Of a stretch of 64,000 nt of DNA, positions 8,121 to 17,106 are shown piece by piece. Source of the stretch: a virus (lineage: Duplodnaviria; Caudoviricetes); the IMG/VR virus record IMGVR_UViG_2880987659_000002, positions 29 to 64,028 of that record; one strand, given 5' to 3'. The first letter of the stretch is position 1. Every line of letters starts with the position of its first letter. The position numbers and the translations under genes are program-made. Below the pieces are notes generated by a model. The model ran no database searches and was not told the origin of the DNA. It saw only the letters and a list, made by a program, of their open reading frames with translations.

Positions 8121-8623
8121 TGGATCGCGTGTTCATCGAGACCAAGATCATGGTGGACGATGCGGGCGCCATCGAGGGGCTTGCGTGGCCGTTCGGCACT
8201 CCTGACCGTATCGGCGACGTGATCGAGAAGGGTGCGTTTGCCGGCGCCCGCCTGCCCCTGCCCATGCTCTTTGGACACGATCCGAATGACCCCGTGGGCG
8301 CCTGGAGCGAGGCCTTGGAAGAGGCGGACGGCCTGCGTCTCAAAGGGCGCCTGCTGGTTGCGGAGGTCGCCAGGGCGCGCGAGGTCCGGGCGCTCGTCCA
8401 GGCAGGCGCCGTGCGCGGGCTCTCTATTGGTTTCCTCACGAAGAAAGCCACGCCCCGGAAGGGCGGCGGCCGGACCATCTCCGCGCTCGACCTGGTCGAA
8501 TGCTCGCTGGTCAGCGTCCCCATGCATCCCGGCGCCCGCATCACGGCCGCCAAATCCGCCACGGCGGCGCTTGCCATCGCCGGGGCTCTTCACCGCGCCG
8601 CTATGGCGATCAGCACGAGGTAA
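8120..8623 (+). CDS. HK97-family prohead protease
   Basis: GDVIEKGAF, MLFGHD..PVG (His), GLSIGF (Ser), LVECSLVSVPM. Confidence 0.93.
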   Translation: MDRVFIETKIMVDDAGAIEGLAWPFGTPDRIGDVIEKGAFAGARLPLPMLFGHDPNDPVGAWSEALEEADGLRLKGRLLVAEVARAREVRALVQAGAVRGLSIGFLTKKATPRKGGGRTISALDLVECSLVSVPMHPGARITAAKSATAALAIAGALHRAAMAISTR

Positions 8624-8626
8624 GCC

Positions 8627-9784
8627 ATGTTCCACGATGCGAAGGCGGTGCTCGGCGCCGTCGAGTTCAAGGGCGAGGAAGACGATCCCGCCGCCGTCGT
8701 CACGAAGGCGCTGGACGCCTTCAAGGGCGAGGTGATCGGCCGCCTCGACAAGGTGGAGGAAAAGGCTGGCGCCGCGGACAAGATCGCCCTGCGCCTGGAC
8801 AAGCTGGAGGCGAAGCTCAACCGGCCGGCCGGCACGAAGGACGATCCGGCGGAGCCGAGCGAAGAGCGCAAGGCGTTCGGCACCTACCTGCGCCGTGGGC
8901 GCGAGACGCCCGAGGCCGATCTGAAGGCGCTCACCGTCTCCAACGACTCCCAGGGCGGCTATCTCGCCCCTGCGGAGATGAGCACGGAGTTCGTCCGCGA
9001 CCTGGTGGAGTTCTCTCCCATCCGCTCCGTGGCCAGCGTGCGCGCCACCGGCTCGCCCTCGGTGAAGTATCCCAAGCGCACGGGCATCACCAACGCCCGC
9101 TGGGTCGGCGAGACCGAGGAGCGCTCCGAGAGCGAGCCCAGCTTTGGGCAGATCGAGATTCCGGTGCGCGAGGTGGCCACCTATGTGGACATCTCCAACC
9201 AACTCCTCGCGGACAGCGGCGGCATCGCCGAAGCTGAGGTGCGGCTCGCCCTGGCCGAAGACTTCGGCCAGAAGGAAGGGGCGGCCTTCGTGGACGGGGA
9301 CGGCGTGAAGGAGCCCATGGGGCTCCTGACAGATCCCGGTGTCGAATTCACGCTGAACGGCCACGCCACCAACCTCTCCGCCGACGCGCTCATCAGCCTG
9401 ATGTACGCGCTGCCGTCCGCCTACCGGAACCGTGGCTCCTGGCTGCTCAACGGCACCACGCTCGCCACCATCCGCAAGCTCAAGGACGGGCAGAACAACT
9501 ACCTCTGGCAGCCGTCCTTCCAGGCCGGGCAGCCGGAGACCATCCTCGGCCGCCCGGTGGTGGAGGCCGTGGACATGCCTGACGTGTCCTCGGGCGCCTT
9601 CCCGATCATGTTCGGTGACTTCGCCACCGGCTACCGGATCGTGGACCGCCTGGCGCTGTCCATCCTGGTGAACCCCTATTCCCTCGCCACCACGGGGCAG
9701 ACCCGCATCCATGCGACCCGCCGCGTCGGCGCGGGCGTGGTGCAGGCGCGCGCGCTGCGCAAGCTCAAGATGGTGACGAGCTGA
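8627..9784 (+). CDS. Major capsid protein, HK97 fold with N-terminal delta domain
   Basis: Coiled-coil N-terminus, GGYLAPAEM, YLWQPS..GQPETILGRPV, FGDF..GYRIVDR. Confidence 0.95.
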   Translation: MFHDAKAVLGAVEFKGEEDDPAAVVTKALDAFKGEVIGRLDKVEEKAGAADKIALRLDKLEAKLNRPAGTKDDPAEPSEERKAFGTYLRRGRETPEADLKALTVSNDSQGGYLAPAEMSTEFVRDLVEFSPIRSVASVRATGSPSVKYPKRTGITNARWVGETEERSESEPSFGQIEIPVREVATYVDISNQLLADSGGIAEAEVRLALAEDFGQKEGAAFVDGDGVKEPMGLLTDPGVEFTLNGHATNLSADALISLMYALPSAYRNRGSWLLNGTTLATIRKLKDGQNNYLWQPSFQAGQPETILGRPVVEAVDMPDVSSGAFPIMFGDFATGYRIVDRLALSILVNPYSLATTGQTRIHATRRVGAGVVQARALRKLKMVTS

Positions 9785-9797
9785 GGAGATACGACCC

Positions 9798-10229
9798 ATG
9801 CGTGACCTTCACAGCAACATCGGCGTCATCGAGGCCATTCCGCCCGCGGTCTACGATGCGGACAACAGCCCGGCGGCCATCGACCTCCTCGGCTTCGACG
9901 CCGCCGAAATCGTCATCCATGTGGGGATCGGCGGCATCACGTTCACCGGGACGAACAAGATCGAGTTCGTGCTCTCCCACAGCGACGATGAGAGCGCTTA
10001 CGCTCCCGTCACCGTGTCCGATCTTCTTGGTGTCGCGTCGGTGACGAACGGCATCGTCCTGGCCTTCAAGACGGCGCATGCCGCCGCCACGCTTCATCGC
10101 CTCGGCTACATCGGCGGCCGGCGCTACCTGAAGCTCCTGGCGGACTTCGGCGGCACCCACGGCACCGGCACGCCGCTTTCGGCGACGGTCATCAAGGGCC
10201 ACGCCGCCAGCCGGCCCGTCGCAGCTTAG
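9798..10229 (+). CDS. Putative capsid decoration/cement protein
   Basis: Beta-rich 143-aa ORF directly after the capsid gene (AIDLLGFDAA, GYIGGRRYLKL); AGGAG RBS; function inferred from position. Confidence 0.55.
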   Translation: MRDLHSNIGVIEAIPPAVYDADNSPAAIDLLGFDAAEIVIHVGIGGITFTGTNKIEFVLSHSDDESAYAPVTVSDLLGVASVTNGIVLAFKTAHAAATLHRLGYIGGRRYLKLLADFGGTHGTGTPLSATVIKGHAASRPVAA

Positions 10230-10423
10230 GGCGCCTGTCCTTTGAGGGGGCGTCGCGGTCCCCCCAACACCGGAAAGTTCGCCTGCCTGGCGCCCGCGGT
10301 GCAAGCCGTTTGTGGGGTTCAAGGCGAACGAGATCGCGGGCACCGGCGGATGTTTCCTAGTCCGCGAAGGGCTTAACGGGGAGGCGGGCCGTGCTCGCCT
10401 CCCCACACTCCAGGTGAAAGAGC

Positions 10424-11251
10424 ATGCCTGTTCGTGCCCCAAGGATTTGCCCCTGCGGCTACCGCATCGCCAGCGGCGAGCGATGCCCATGCGAGCGCAA
10501 GCGCGCGGCGGCTCGGAATGCTCGGGCGGATGCCGCCCGCCCCAGCGCGCGGCAGCGAGGCTATGACACCCGCTGGGACAAGGCGCGTGCTGGGTATCTG
10601 CGGTCACATCCCATGTGCGTCCGGTGCCATGCGCCGGCCACGGTGGTTGACCACATCGCGCCTCACCGCGGCGACCAAGCGCTTTTCTGGGACAAGGGAA
10701 ACTGGCAACCGCTTTGCAAGCCTTGCCACGACCGAGCGAAGCAGGGCGAGGAAAAGCGGAGCGCGAGGGGTGGCGTACTGGCTCATCCCTTCCTTCGGCC
10801 GTCACGCGTCCCTGTCACCCTTGTCTGTGGTCCGCCGGGTTCCGGAAAGAGTACCTATGTCGAGAAGCATCGGCGTCCAGGCGATATCGTCATCGACTTG
10901 GACCTGATCAAGGCAAAGCTCTTCCACACCACCAGCCACCAGGCCCCTCGTAGCGCCGAGGCGACACGGCAAGCTCTGTTGGAGCGCAACCAGATCCTGA
11001 CGGGGCTCGCTGACGATCACCTGCATGAGCATGTGTGGTTTATCGTTTCAGCTCCCGAGCAGGCAGAGCGCGACCTGTGGCAGCGAAAGCTGCGCAATGC
11101 CCGTTTGGTCGTGATGGATACACCGCTGGAGGAGTGCCTACGCCGAATCCGGGCCGATGTAAGCCGCGAGGGACAGCGGGACTGGATGGAGGATCTGGTG
11201 CACCAATGGTTCGCGCGGGCGCGGCGCGAGAAGGATCTCCGCAATGTCTGA
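10424..11251 (+). CDS. HNH endonuclease (terminase-associated, HK97 gp74-like) fused to a C-terminal P-loop kinase/AAA domain
   Basis: RGYDTRW, CVRC..ATVVDHI.PHRG..LFWD..NWQPLCKPCH; then VCGPPGSGKSTYV (Walker A), IDLD, TPLEECLRR. Confidence 0.85.
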   Translation: MPVRAPRICPCGYRIASGERCPCERKRAAARNARADAARPSARQRGYDTRWDKARAGYLRSHPMCVRCHAPATVVDHIAPHRGDQALFWDKGNWQPLCKPCHDRAKQGEEKRSARGGVLAHPFLRPSRVPVTLVCGPPGSGKSTYVEKHRRPGDIVIDLDLIKAKLFHTTSHQAPRSAEATRQALLERNQILTGLADDHLHEHVWFIVSAPEQAERDLWQRKLRNARLVVMDTPLEECLRRIRADVSREGQRDWMEDLVHQWFARARREKDLRNV

Positions 11252-11555
11252 CAGCCTCAATGCCACGGACGTGGTGAGCCTTGATGATCTGAAGCGCCAT
11301 CTTCGGGTGGATGGGTCGTATGAGGATTCGACCCTTGAGCAGATGCTTGAGGCCGCCCTGCGGCATGTGGAGGCCTGGGTCGGGCCGCTCGCCACCTTCG
11401 AAGGTGAGGTTCCTGATGACATCGGGATGGCGATGAAGGTGCTCGTCGGCCACTGGTTCACAGAAGGGCGGGAAGCTGCACTCCCGGAACCTCTCCTCGA
11501 GATCCCGTTCGGATTTCGTGAGCTCATCACTCCCTATCGCAAGTGGGAGTTCTGA
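11244..11555 (+). CDS. Head-tail connector, HK97 gp6-like
   Basis: VSLDDLKRHLRVD, AMKVLVGHWF..RE, IPFGFRELITPYR. Confidence 0.88.
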   Translation: MSDSLNATDVVSLDDLKRHLRVDGSYEDSTLEQMLEAALRHVEAWVGPLATFEGEVPDDIGMAMKVLVGHWFTEGREAALPEPLLEIPFGFRELITPYRKWEF

Positions 11556-11557
11556 TC

Positions 11558-11980
11558 ATGCGTGGCCATAAAGCCGAAATATCTCCGACCTGGGAGGCGG
11601 TGGGTGAGGACGTTCCCGCTGCGCCGGATTGGCTGACCGACGATGCCCTGGCCGAATGGGAGCGCACGCTGCCGATCCTGATGAAGGAGCGGCGTACACT
11701 GACCCTTGCGGATCTCGCGAGCTTCGCGAATTACTGCACAGCCGTGGGGCAGGTTGCCGAGGCGGCCCGTATTCTCAAGGACGGCGGGCTGATCTTCATG
11801 GGGCCGAGCGGTCCCAAGCGGCATCCGGCTGTGGTCATTCGGAGCGACGGGCTCACGCAGGCGCGGCAGCTTGCTGCCGAACTCGGCCTCACGCCGGCAA
11901 GCCGCGGGCGACCTGGTATTCGGGAGGGGGCTGATAGCGATCTGGGGCCCCTTTTCTCTGGGGGACTTGGCCTTGATTGA
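11558..11980 (+). CDS. terS: Terminase small subunit, P27 family
   Basis: APDWLTDDALAEW, LANYC-like FANYC, KRHPAV, AAELGLTPASR. Confidence 0.88.
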   Translation: MRGHKAEISPTWEAVGEDVPAAPDWLTDDALAEWERTLPILMKERRTLTLADLASFANYCTAVGQVAEAARILKDGGLIFMGPSGPKRHPAVVIRSDGLTQARQLAAELGLTPASRGRPGIREGADSDLGPLFSGGLGLD

Positions 11981-13544
11981 GCAGAGTACCCCTGACCCTC
12001 TTGGATATGGTCAGCGGGCCGTCGATTTCCTCCGAGCGCTCCGTCACCCGAAAAGCGGATTGCCGGGACGGGCATTCCAACTGGACCCTTGGCAGGAGCG
12101 GATCGTGCGCCGGATTTACGGCCCACGCCACGAGAATGGCTTGCGGATCGTGAAGTCCGTGGTGCTACTGCTGCCCCGAGGCAATCGAAAGACGAGCCTC
12201 GCCGCTGCTCTCGCACTACTTCATACCTTTGGTCCCGAGCGTCTGCCGGGCGGCGAGGTCATTTCCGCCGCTTCAGACCGCAAGCAGGCCCGCATTGCGT
12301 TTGATGAAGCGGTCGGCATCACTCAAACGACACCGGGGCTGAAGCAGCGTGTTTCGGTCCTGGAGTATCGGAATCGCGTCGTCAATTCGAAGTATCGCGT
12401 CTTTTACGAGTCCATCTCCAGTGACGCGGGCACACAGCATGGCCGCACGCCGGCATTCGTCCTGGCGGACGAGCTCCACGCCTGGAAGCGACGAGACCTC
12501 TGGGACGTGCTGCGCTCCGGCCTCGTGAAGACCGCCGGCTCCTTGCTGGTCGTTGCCACCACTGCCGGTCGCGGGCAGGAGAACATCGCTTTCGACATTG
12601 TGGACTATGCGCGGAAGGTGGCGCGCGGAGAGATCTCAGATCCCTCGATGTTGCCCATTCTCTATGAAGCGGATCGCGATTGTGACTGGACGGACGAGGC
12701 CGTATGGCACGCGGTCAATCCGGGCCTCGCCCATGGGTATCCCGACATCGAAGGTCTGCGTCAGCTCGCCCGTGAGGCGCGCCATCGCCCGGGAGATCGG
12801 GAGGCATTTCGTCAGTTGAACCTCAATGTCTGGCTCGACCACAGCGCCGATCCGTTCGTGGATATGGCCATCTATGACGAGGGTGCTGCGCCAGTCAGCC
12901 TGGATGATCTAGCTGGCGAGCCGTGTTGGCTCGGCGTCGATCTCTCCAGCAACGGCGATCTGACCTGTGTCGCGGCGGCCTGGCGTGACGGCGACGATGG
13001 CTATTTCGTCCATCCTTGGTTCTTCTGCCCGAAGGACAATCTGCGCCTCAGGTCGGAGCGCGATGGCGTTCCGTATGTCACATGGGCCGAACAGGGCTAC
13101 ATCGAGCCCACCCCTGGAAATGTCGTGGACTTCCGGCATGTGGAGACCACCATCCGCGACTTATGCGACCGCTTCGATGTGCGTGAGATAGCCTTCGATC
13201 CGCACCTCGCGCGCAACATGATGAACACTCTCGCCGAAGACGGCCTGCCGGCAGTGGAGATGCGCCAGGGCGTGGCCACCATGGCGCCAGCCGTGAAGGA
13301 ACTGGAGCGGGCGATTGTCGGCCGGCGGCTGATGCACGGCGGCCATCCTGTGCTGCGCTGGAACTTCGACAATATCGCTGTCCACACTGATAGCGCTGGC
13401 AATGCCGTGTTCCACAAAGGGCGAAGCCGGGACCGTATCGATGGCGCCGTGGCTTGCGCTATGGCAGTCGCTCGTGCGGCGGCCGGCTCCCTCCCGTCGA
13501 TCTATGACAGCGATCAGTGGAAGCCAGAGATGATGGTGATGTAA
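11973..13544 (+). CDS. terL: Terminase large subunit
   Basis: LDPWQ, PRGNRKT Walker A variant, LADELHAW Walker B, GVDLSS..D nuclease motif, RIDGAVA; TTG start overlaps the terS stop. Confidence 0.95.
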   Translation: MIEQSTPDPLGYGQRAVDFLRALRHPKSGLPGRAFQLDPWQERIVRRIYGPRHENGLRIVKSVVLLLPRGNRKTSLAAALALLHTFGPERLPGGEVISAASDRKQARIAFDEAVGITQTTPGLKQRVSVLEYRNRVVNSKYRVFYESISSDAGTQHGRTPAFVLADELHAWKRRDLWDVLRSGLVKTAGSLLVVATTAGRGQENIAFDIVDYARKVARGEISDPSMLPILYEADRDCDWTDEAVWHAVNPGLAHGYPDIEGLRQLAREARHRPGDREAFRQLNLNVWLDHSADPFVDMAIYDEGAAPVSLDDLAGEPCWLGVDLSSNGDLTCVAAAWRDGDDGYFVHPWFFCPKDNLRLRSERDGVPYVTWAEQGYIEPTPGNVVDFRHVETTIRDLCDRFDVREIAFDPHLARNMMNTLAEDGLPAVEMRQGVATMAPAVKELERAIVGRRLMHGGHPVLRWNFDNIAVHTDSAGNAVFHKGRSRDRIDGAVACAMAVARAAAGSLPSIYDSDQWKPEMMVM

Positions 13545-13567
13545 GTGTCGAAATTACAATCCATAAT

Positions 13568-15211
13568 TTATTCATCATTTCTCTTATGCTGAAAATAAGC
13601 AGATGTATCTTCGACTTTTTTCTTTAATTGATTCAATAAAGCTCGCTCTGCTATTGAGTATGATGGGTAGTAAACCTCAACCATTGGCTTTGGTGCGCCG
13701 CCGGTCCACTTTTGCGCTTCGCCCGTAGAGTATTTTCGTTTTCCTTTTTCAAATAAATCACGATATCGATACGGGGATACGCCAATAAATCCGTCAAATC
13801 CAACGCGATTAATCTGTGGCTTGGAATCTGTATAAATTGCATCACCATGCAAATCTTTCGCATAGCTCTTTGGGTATGGCTCTAAATATACAACACGAGA
13901 TATGCCGGCGGCGACAATGTGTTTTGCACACATATGGCATGGAAAAGTGGTGCAATATAGCGTGCTGTCTTTTATGGGGATCCCCAGCCTAGCAGCGTCG
14001 CTAATGGCGGACATTTCTGCATGTATAATTCTACCAAACTCAAGTATATCCATCATTTTAGATTTTCTAACACTGCGATCAGACGTGTCCTGAAGTAAAT
14101 TTTGACAAATTTCGTATGTATTATTTATTTCAGATAGATTTTCAGATAAATGACCAGATTCTTTTAATCTATCTATCACGTCAACAAGTAATTCGATCTT
14201 CCGACGCTCATTTGGGTCGTATCCGTCCACGAAATCGCGCCTGTCTATAGTATCTTTCGTCCAGTACGTGCCGCCACCGGCCTTCGGAACCTCATTGCAT
14301 CCCAATGACGCAACCTCACCCGAGGGGCGAAATATTGCCGCTCCGACTTGCCTTGAAAGGTCAGATGACCTTAGCGAGGCTGACTTTGCCATGTACATCC
14401 CATATTCGTCCCGAGTGGGTGTAATTTCATTATTTCCAAAAAGTAATTTTATGAATCTTCGGATTGTATCGGAGCATTCCGAAGTTGAACTTGCGTCGAT
14501 AAATACATCTCCGAGCGGAAAAGCATCACGTACGTTCTGCCCATGTGTGTCCAGTGTCTCTTTAGAATCCTGGGCGACCAATCGATTGGCGCGGTCAACT
14601 AGTTCTATTTCTGCGACTAGGCCCCCGCAAGATCTGCTTTCTTCTTCCCGAATGCGTCTAAGTCGAGACTCTTCCGACGCAGTTGCGGAAATAAGAATAA
14701 ACTGCCGTCCATATATGCTTCGCAAAACCGTTATTTCTTCAGGCCTCTTAAATTGCCTTATGATGTAAGCCTGATTTGGAAGGGGCTCTGCTTTATTTCG
14801 CTCGTCGTCATTGGAGGCATCGTGCCGTTCTCCATCTGATCCAGCAGGGGGCTGCGCCATGCCTTGTTTCTGCTGAGCATCTTGAATTTTCGCTTTCCAT
14901 CTCTTGGCTCGGAATTCCCGGATCGCGCTGATAGCCAATGCCGCAAGGGCGTGGTCGCCCGCCTGAGCTCTAACGTCATTTGCGAATGCAATTCGATCTT
15001 TAATTGATTGGATATATGGGCTTTTAGCCACGGTCCTTTCGGGGAAAGCATCCTGCATCAAGGCGGTGAGACGAAATAGCTGCGTCTCGTACTGCATCTC
15101 TGTTAGCGCCTCCGCCAGGAGATCACTGACCAAATTCAGGTCGACTCCGATGGGTGCGACAATTCCAAAAATCAACTCAGGCGCGGGTGTGGATTGCAAC
15201 GGTTGGTTCAT
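13568..15211 (-). CDS. Anti-phage-type dCTP/dCMP deaminase with N-terminal P-loop-like domain (AvcD/Dcd-like)
   Basis: ELIFGIVAPIGVDL N-terminus; RSSDLSRQVGAAI, GCNEVP, HAE and TTFPCHMC zinc deaminase motifs, YLEPYPKS; more AT-rich than the neighbours. Confidence 0.88.
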   Translation of the reverse strand: MNQPLQSTPAPELIFGIVAPIGVDLNLVSDLLAEALTEMQYETQLFRLTALMQDAFPERTVAKSPYIQSIKDRIAFANDVRAQAGDHALAALAISAIREFRAKRWKAKIQDAQQKQGMAQPPAGSDGERHDASNDDERNKAEPLPNQAYIIRQFKRPEEITVLRSIYGRQFILISATASEESRLRRIREEESRSCGGLVAEIELVDRANRLVAQDSKETLDTHGQNVRDAFPLGDVFIDASSTSECSDTIRRFIKLLFGNNEITPTRDEYGMYMAKSASLRSSDLSRQVGAAIFRPSGEVASLGCNEVPKAGGGTYWTKDTIDRRDFVDGYDPNERRKIELLVDVIDRLKESGHLSENLSEINNTYEICQNLLQDTSDRSVRKSKMMDILEFGRIIHAEMSAISDAARLGIPIKDSTLYCTTFPCHMCAKHIVAAGISRVVYLEPYPKSYAKDLHGDAIYTDSKPQINRVGFDGFIGVSPYRYRDLFEKGKRKYSTGEAQKWTGGAPKPMVEVYYPSYSIAERALLNQLKKKVEDTSAYFQHKRNDE

Positions 15212-15323
15212 GGCTACGGCTGCATCCTTGAGCTATGACACTCGGGAACGGAAAACGTGATTTGCGTGTTACCGAACTAGCGAGTCCACTCGGTAAAAGG
15301 GCGAGTCATACGAGGGGAATCAG

Positions 15324-15518
15324 ATGGCAAACGAAGTCCGGTTACCTCAAGGCTGGTTTGTGGAAGACGTCCGGGGGGCGGCTGCCCGGCACAGCGAGTG
15401 GTCTAACTCCAGCCCCAGCACGATAATTCGCTCTGTTCAGCTTCAGCAAGCGTCATCGCAACCTAGTAGGTCAACACCTCAGCTTACTAGTACGCGGAAC
15501 CCAAATACAACTCGGTAA
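15324..15518 (+). CDS. Small protein divergent from the deaminase
   Basis: GAGGGG RBS; ordered N-terminus MANEVRLPQGWFVEDVRGAAARHSEW followed by a Ser/Thr/Gln/Pro-rich tail. Confidence 0.5.
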   Translation: MANEVRLPQGWFVEDVRGAAARHSEWSNSSPSTIIRSVQLQQASSQPSRSTPQLTSTRNPNTTR

Positions 15519-15967
15519 GCTAAGGCTTAAGCCGGGCGAGGCCGTCTGCGCAGGCCATTTCGGTGTTAGTCGGGATGGTGGTAGGCAGATGCATGATATG
15601 CATCTGCCTTTTAGCGGCTTGGCTATGTCTTAGAAGGGTGCCCCTTCTATCGCCAATCGCACTGAACACCCATAGCAGGCACGCAGTCCTCACCACCCTG
15701 GACAGTTCCCCAAATCTTCTTAGACGAAGACCGATGATGTGCGCGCATCGATGGGCCGTGCCAGACCATATAAGTGCATCGCCTGTTTCACGGGAAATCA
15801 GTGAAACACATTGATTTTGAAAGAGATTTCGCATGCCAGGAAAGATGAGGGCGCCCCCATCTTATTATTGCTCCCTGCGCGCCCTGCCATCCGGGTATGA
15901 AGATCGTTCCAGCCATTAGGATGAACCCGAAGATGATTTGCGTGTGTCCTGACTCGAATTACGTAAT

Positions 15968-16243
15968 TTAGTTATTTGTATATCGACTCATATGCGCGTA
16001 TTCGCCTAATTTTTCTCTCTCTAAGATTAGAGTAATATATGAATTGTCTGGAGAAAAATTGATATCAAACGCCCGATCTACAACTTTATATCGCTCAGAC
16101 ATTCCACTTTTGTTGAAATACATAATCGAATCACCAATTGATGGAATATGTCCATTAAAATAAGAAGAATGAAAATCTTCGCCATCGTCGATCAGTTTAT
16201 CGCCGGAACGAAGGAATATCCTCACATTTACGTCTGAATTCAT
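15968..16243 (-). CDS. AT-rich orphan protein (91 aa)
   Basis: GGAGGGGG RBS; much lower GC than the element. Confidence 0.7.
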   Translation of the reverse strand: MNSDVNVRIFLRSGDKLIDDGEDFHSSYFNGHIPSIGDSIMYFNKSGMSERYKVVDRAFDINFSPDNSYITLILEREKLGEYAHMSRYTNN

Positions 16244-16545
16244 TTCCCCCTCCGAGGTAGATTTTCCAATATAGCGACCTTGTCATTCTAATTTTCGGTC
16301 CGCCACCATTTTTTTAGACGAAATCCACACCATCTTCTTCTAGAGTGCGCTAGGTGACTTCGGGTGTCTGCGGCTTAGACCCTCGCCAAATTCAAACGCG
16401 ACGTAGTCGCCGCTTAAGCCCGAAGTTCGGATGCTGGATCGCGAATGTGCACGCGCGCTCCGACTCGCTTTGCGCAACCATCCTAGCGTAGGCTGCGCCG
16501 TTACACGCGATTTGAAGTCAGGCAGTTCCTCCTGGAGCCTGGTCC

Positions 16546-17079
16546 ATGAGCCAAGACGATGACCGGCCGCCTCGGCCCCCTTTAACCGTCGTCGCTCAGA
16601 ACGACGATCGCGCGATCCGACTGGAGGGCGTCAAGCAGGCGCTGGAGGCGGATTTGAGGGCGCTCGCCGCTAACGTGATGCGTGTCGCGCGAGGGGCTGG
16701 GAAGGCTTACGAGATCGGGCGGCAGTGCAAGGCCGTCGCCGGCCGATTTGAGGAGTACAGATCGGTAGCAGGTCATTACCCGCCCACTCACGAAATAGAT
16801 GCGGCAATTGCGATCCGGAGGGAGATCCCGAGCGCGGCCTCGGATCGAGAGTATGAACGGAGTCGGGGAATTGACACCGTCATGAGGGGTGCACTGCAAG
16901 CCGCCGCTTCTCATCTTGTGGGGCAGCGGACGCAGGAGGCGGCAGGGGAGACGCAGCTACTCGAAGGTGTCCGAATTCTGGAGAAGCTCCGAGAGGAAAA
17001 CCGGAGGGAGGCTGTGTCTCGAAAAGAGAGAGAAGATGCCTTTGAAAAATGGAAGTCTGAGCGTGATCGCAAGAAGTAG
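16546..17079 (+). CDS. Hypothetical helical protein
   Basis: GGAG RBS; plausible helical composition. Confidence 0.65.
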   Translation: MSQDDDRPPRPPLTVVAQNDDRAIRLEGVKQALEADLRALAANVMRVARGAGKAYEIGRQCKAVAGRFEEYRSVAGHYPPTHEIDAAIAIRREIPSAASDREYERSRGIDTVMRGALQAAASHLVGQRTQEAAGETQLLEGVRILEKLREENRREAVSRKEREDAFEKWKSERDRKK

Positions 17080-17106
17080 ATGACCTATTGCGATTTGGTT
17101 GATGAT

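Noticed and set aside
7973-9799. 608-aa minus-strand ORF
   Set aside because: Antisense shadow of the high-GC protease and capsid genes; no motifs.
15520-15834. 104-aa minus ORF and overlapping 83-aa plus ORF
   Set aside because: Cys/Arg-rich atypical composition, no convincing RBS or motif; left uncalled (possible decayed DNA).
16356-16500. Possible structured ncRNA (ACTTCGGG/CCCGAAGT closing stem, GCGAC-GTA-GTCGC hairpin)
   Set aside because: The stems are short for GC-rich DNA and match no family I recognise; a covariation search would be needed.
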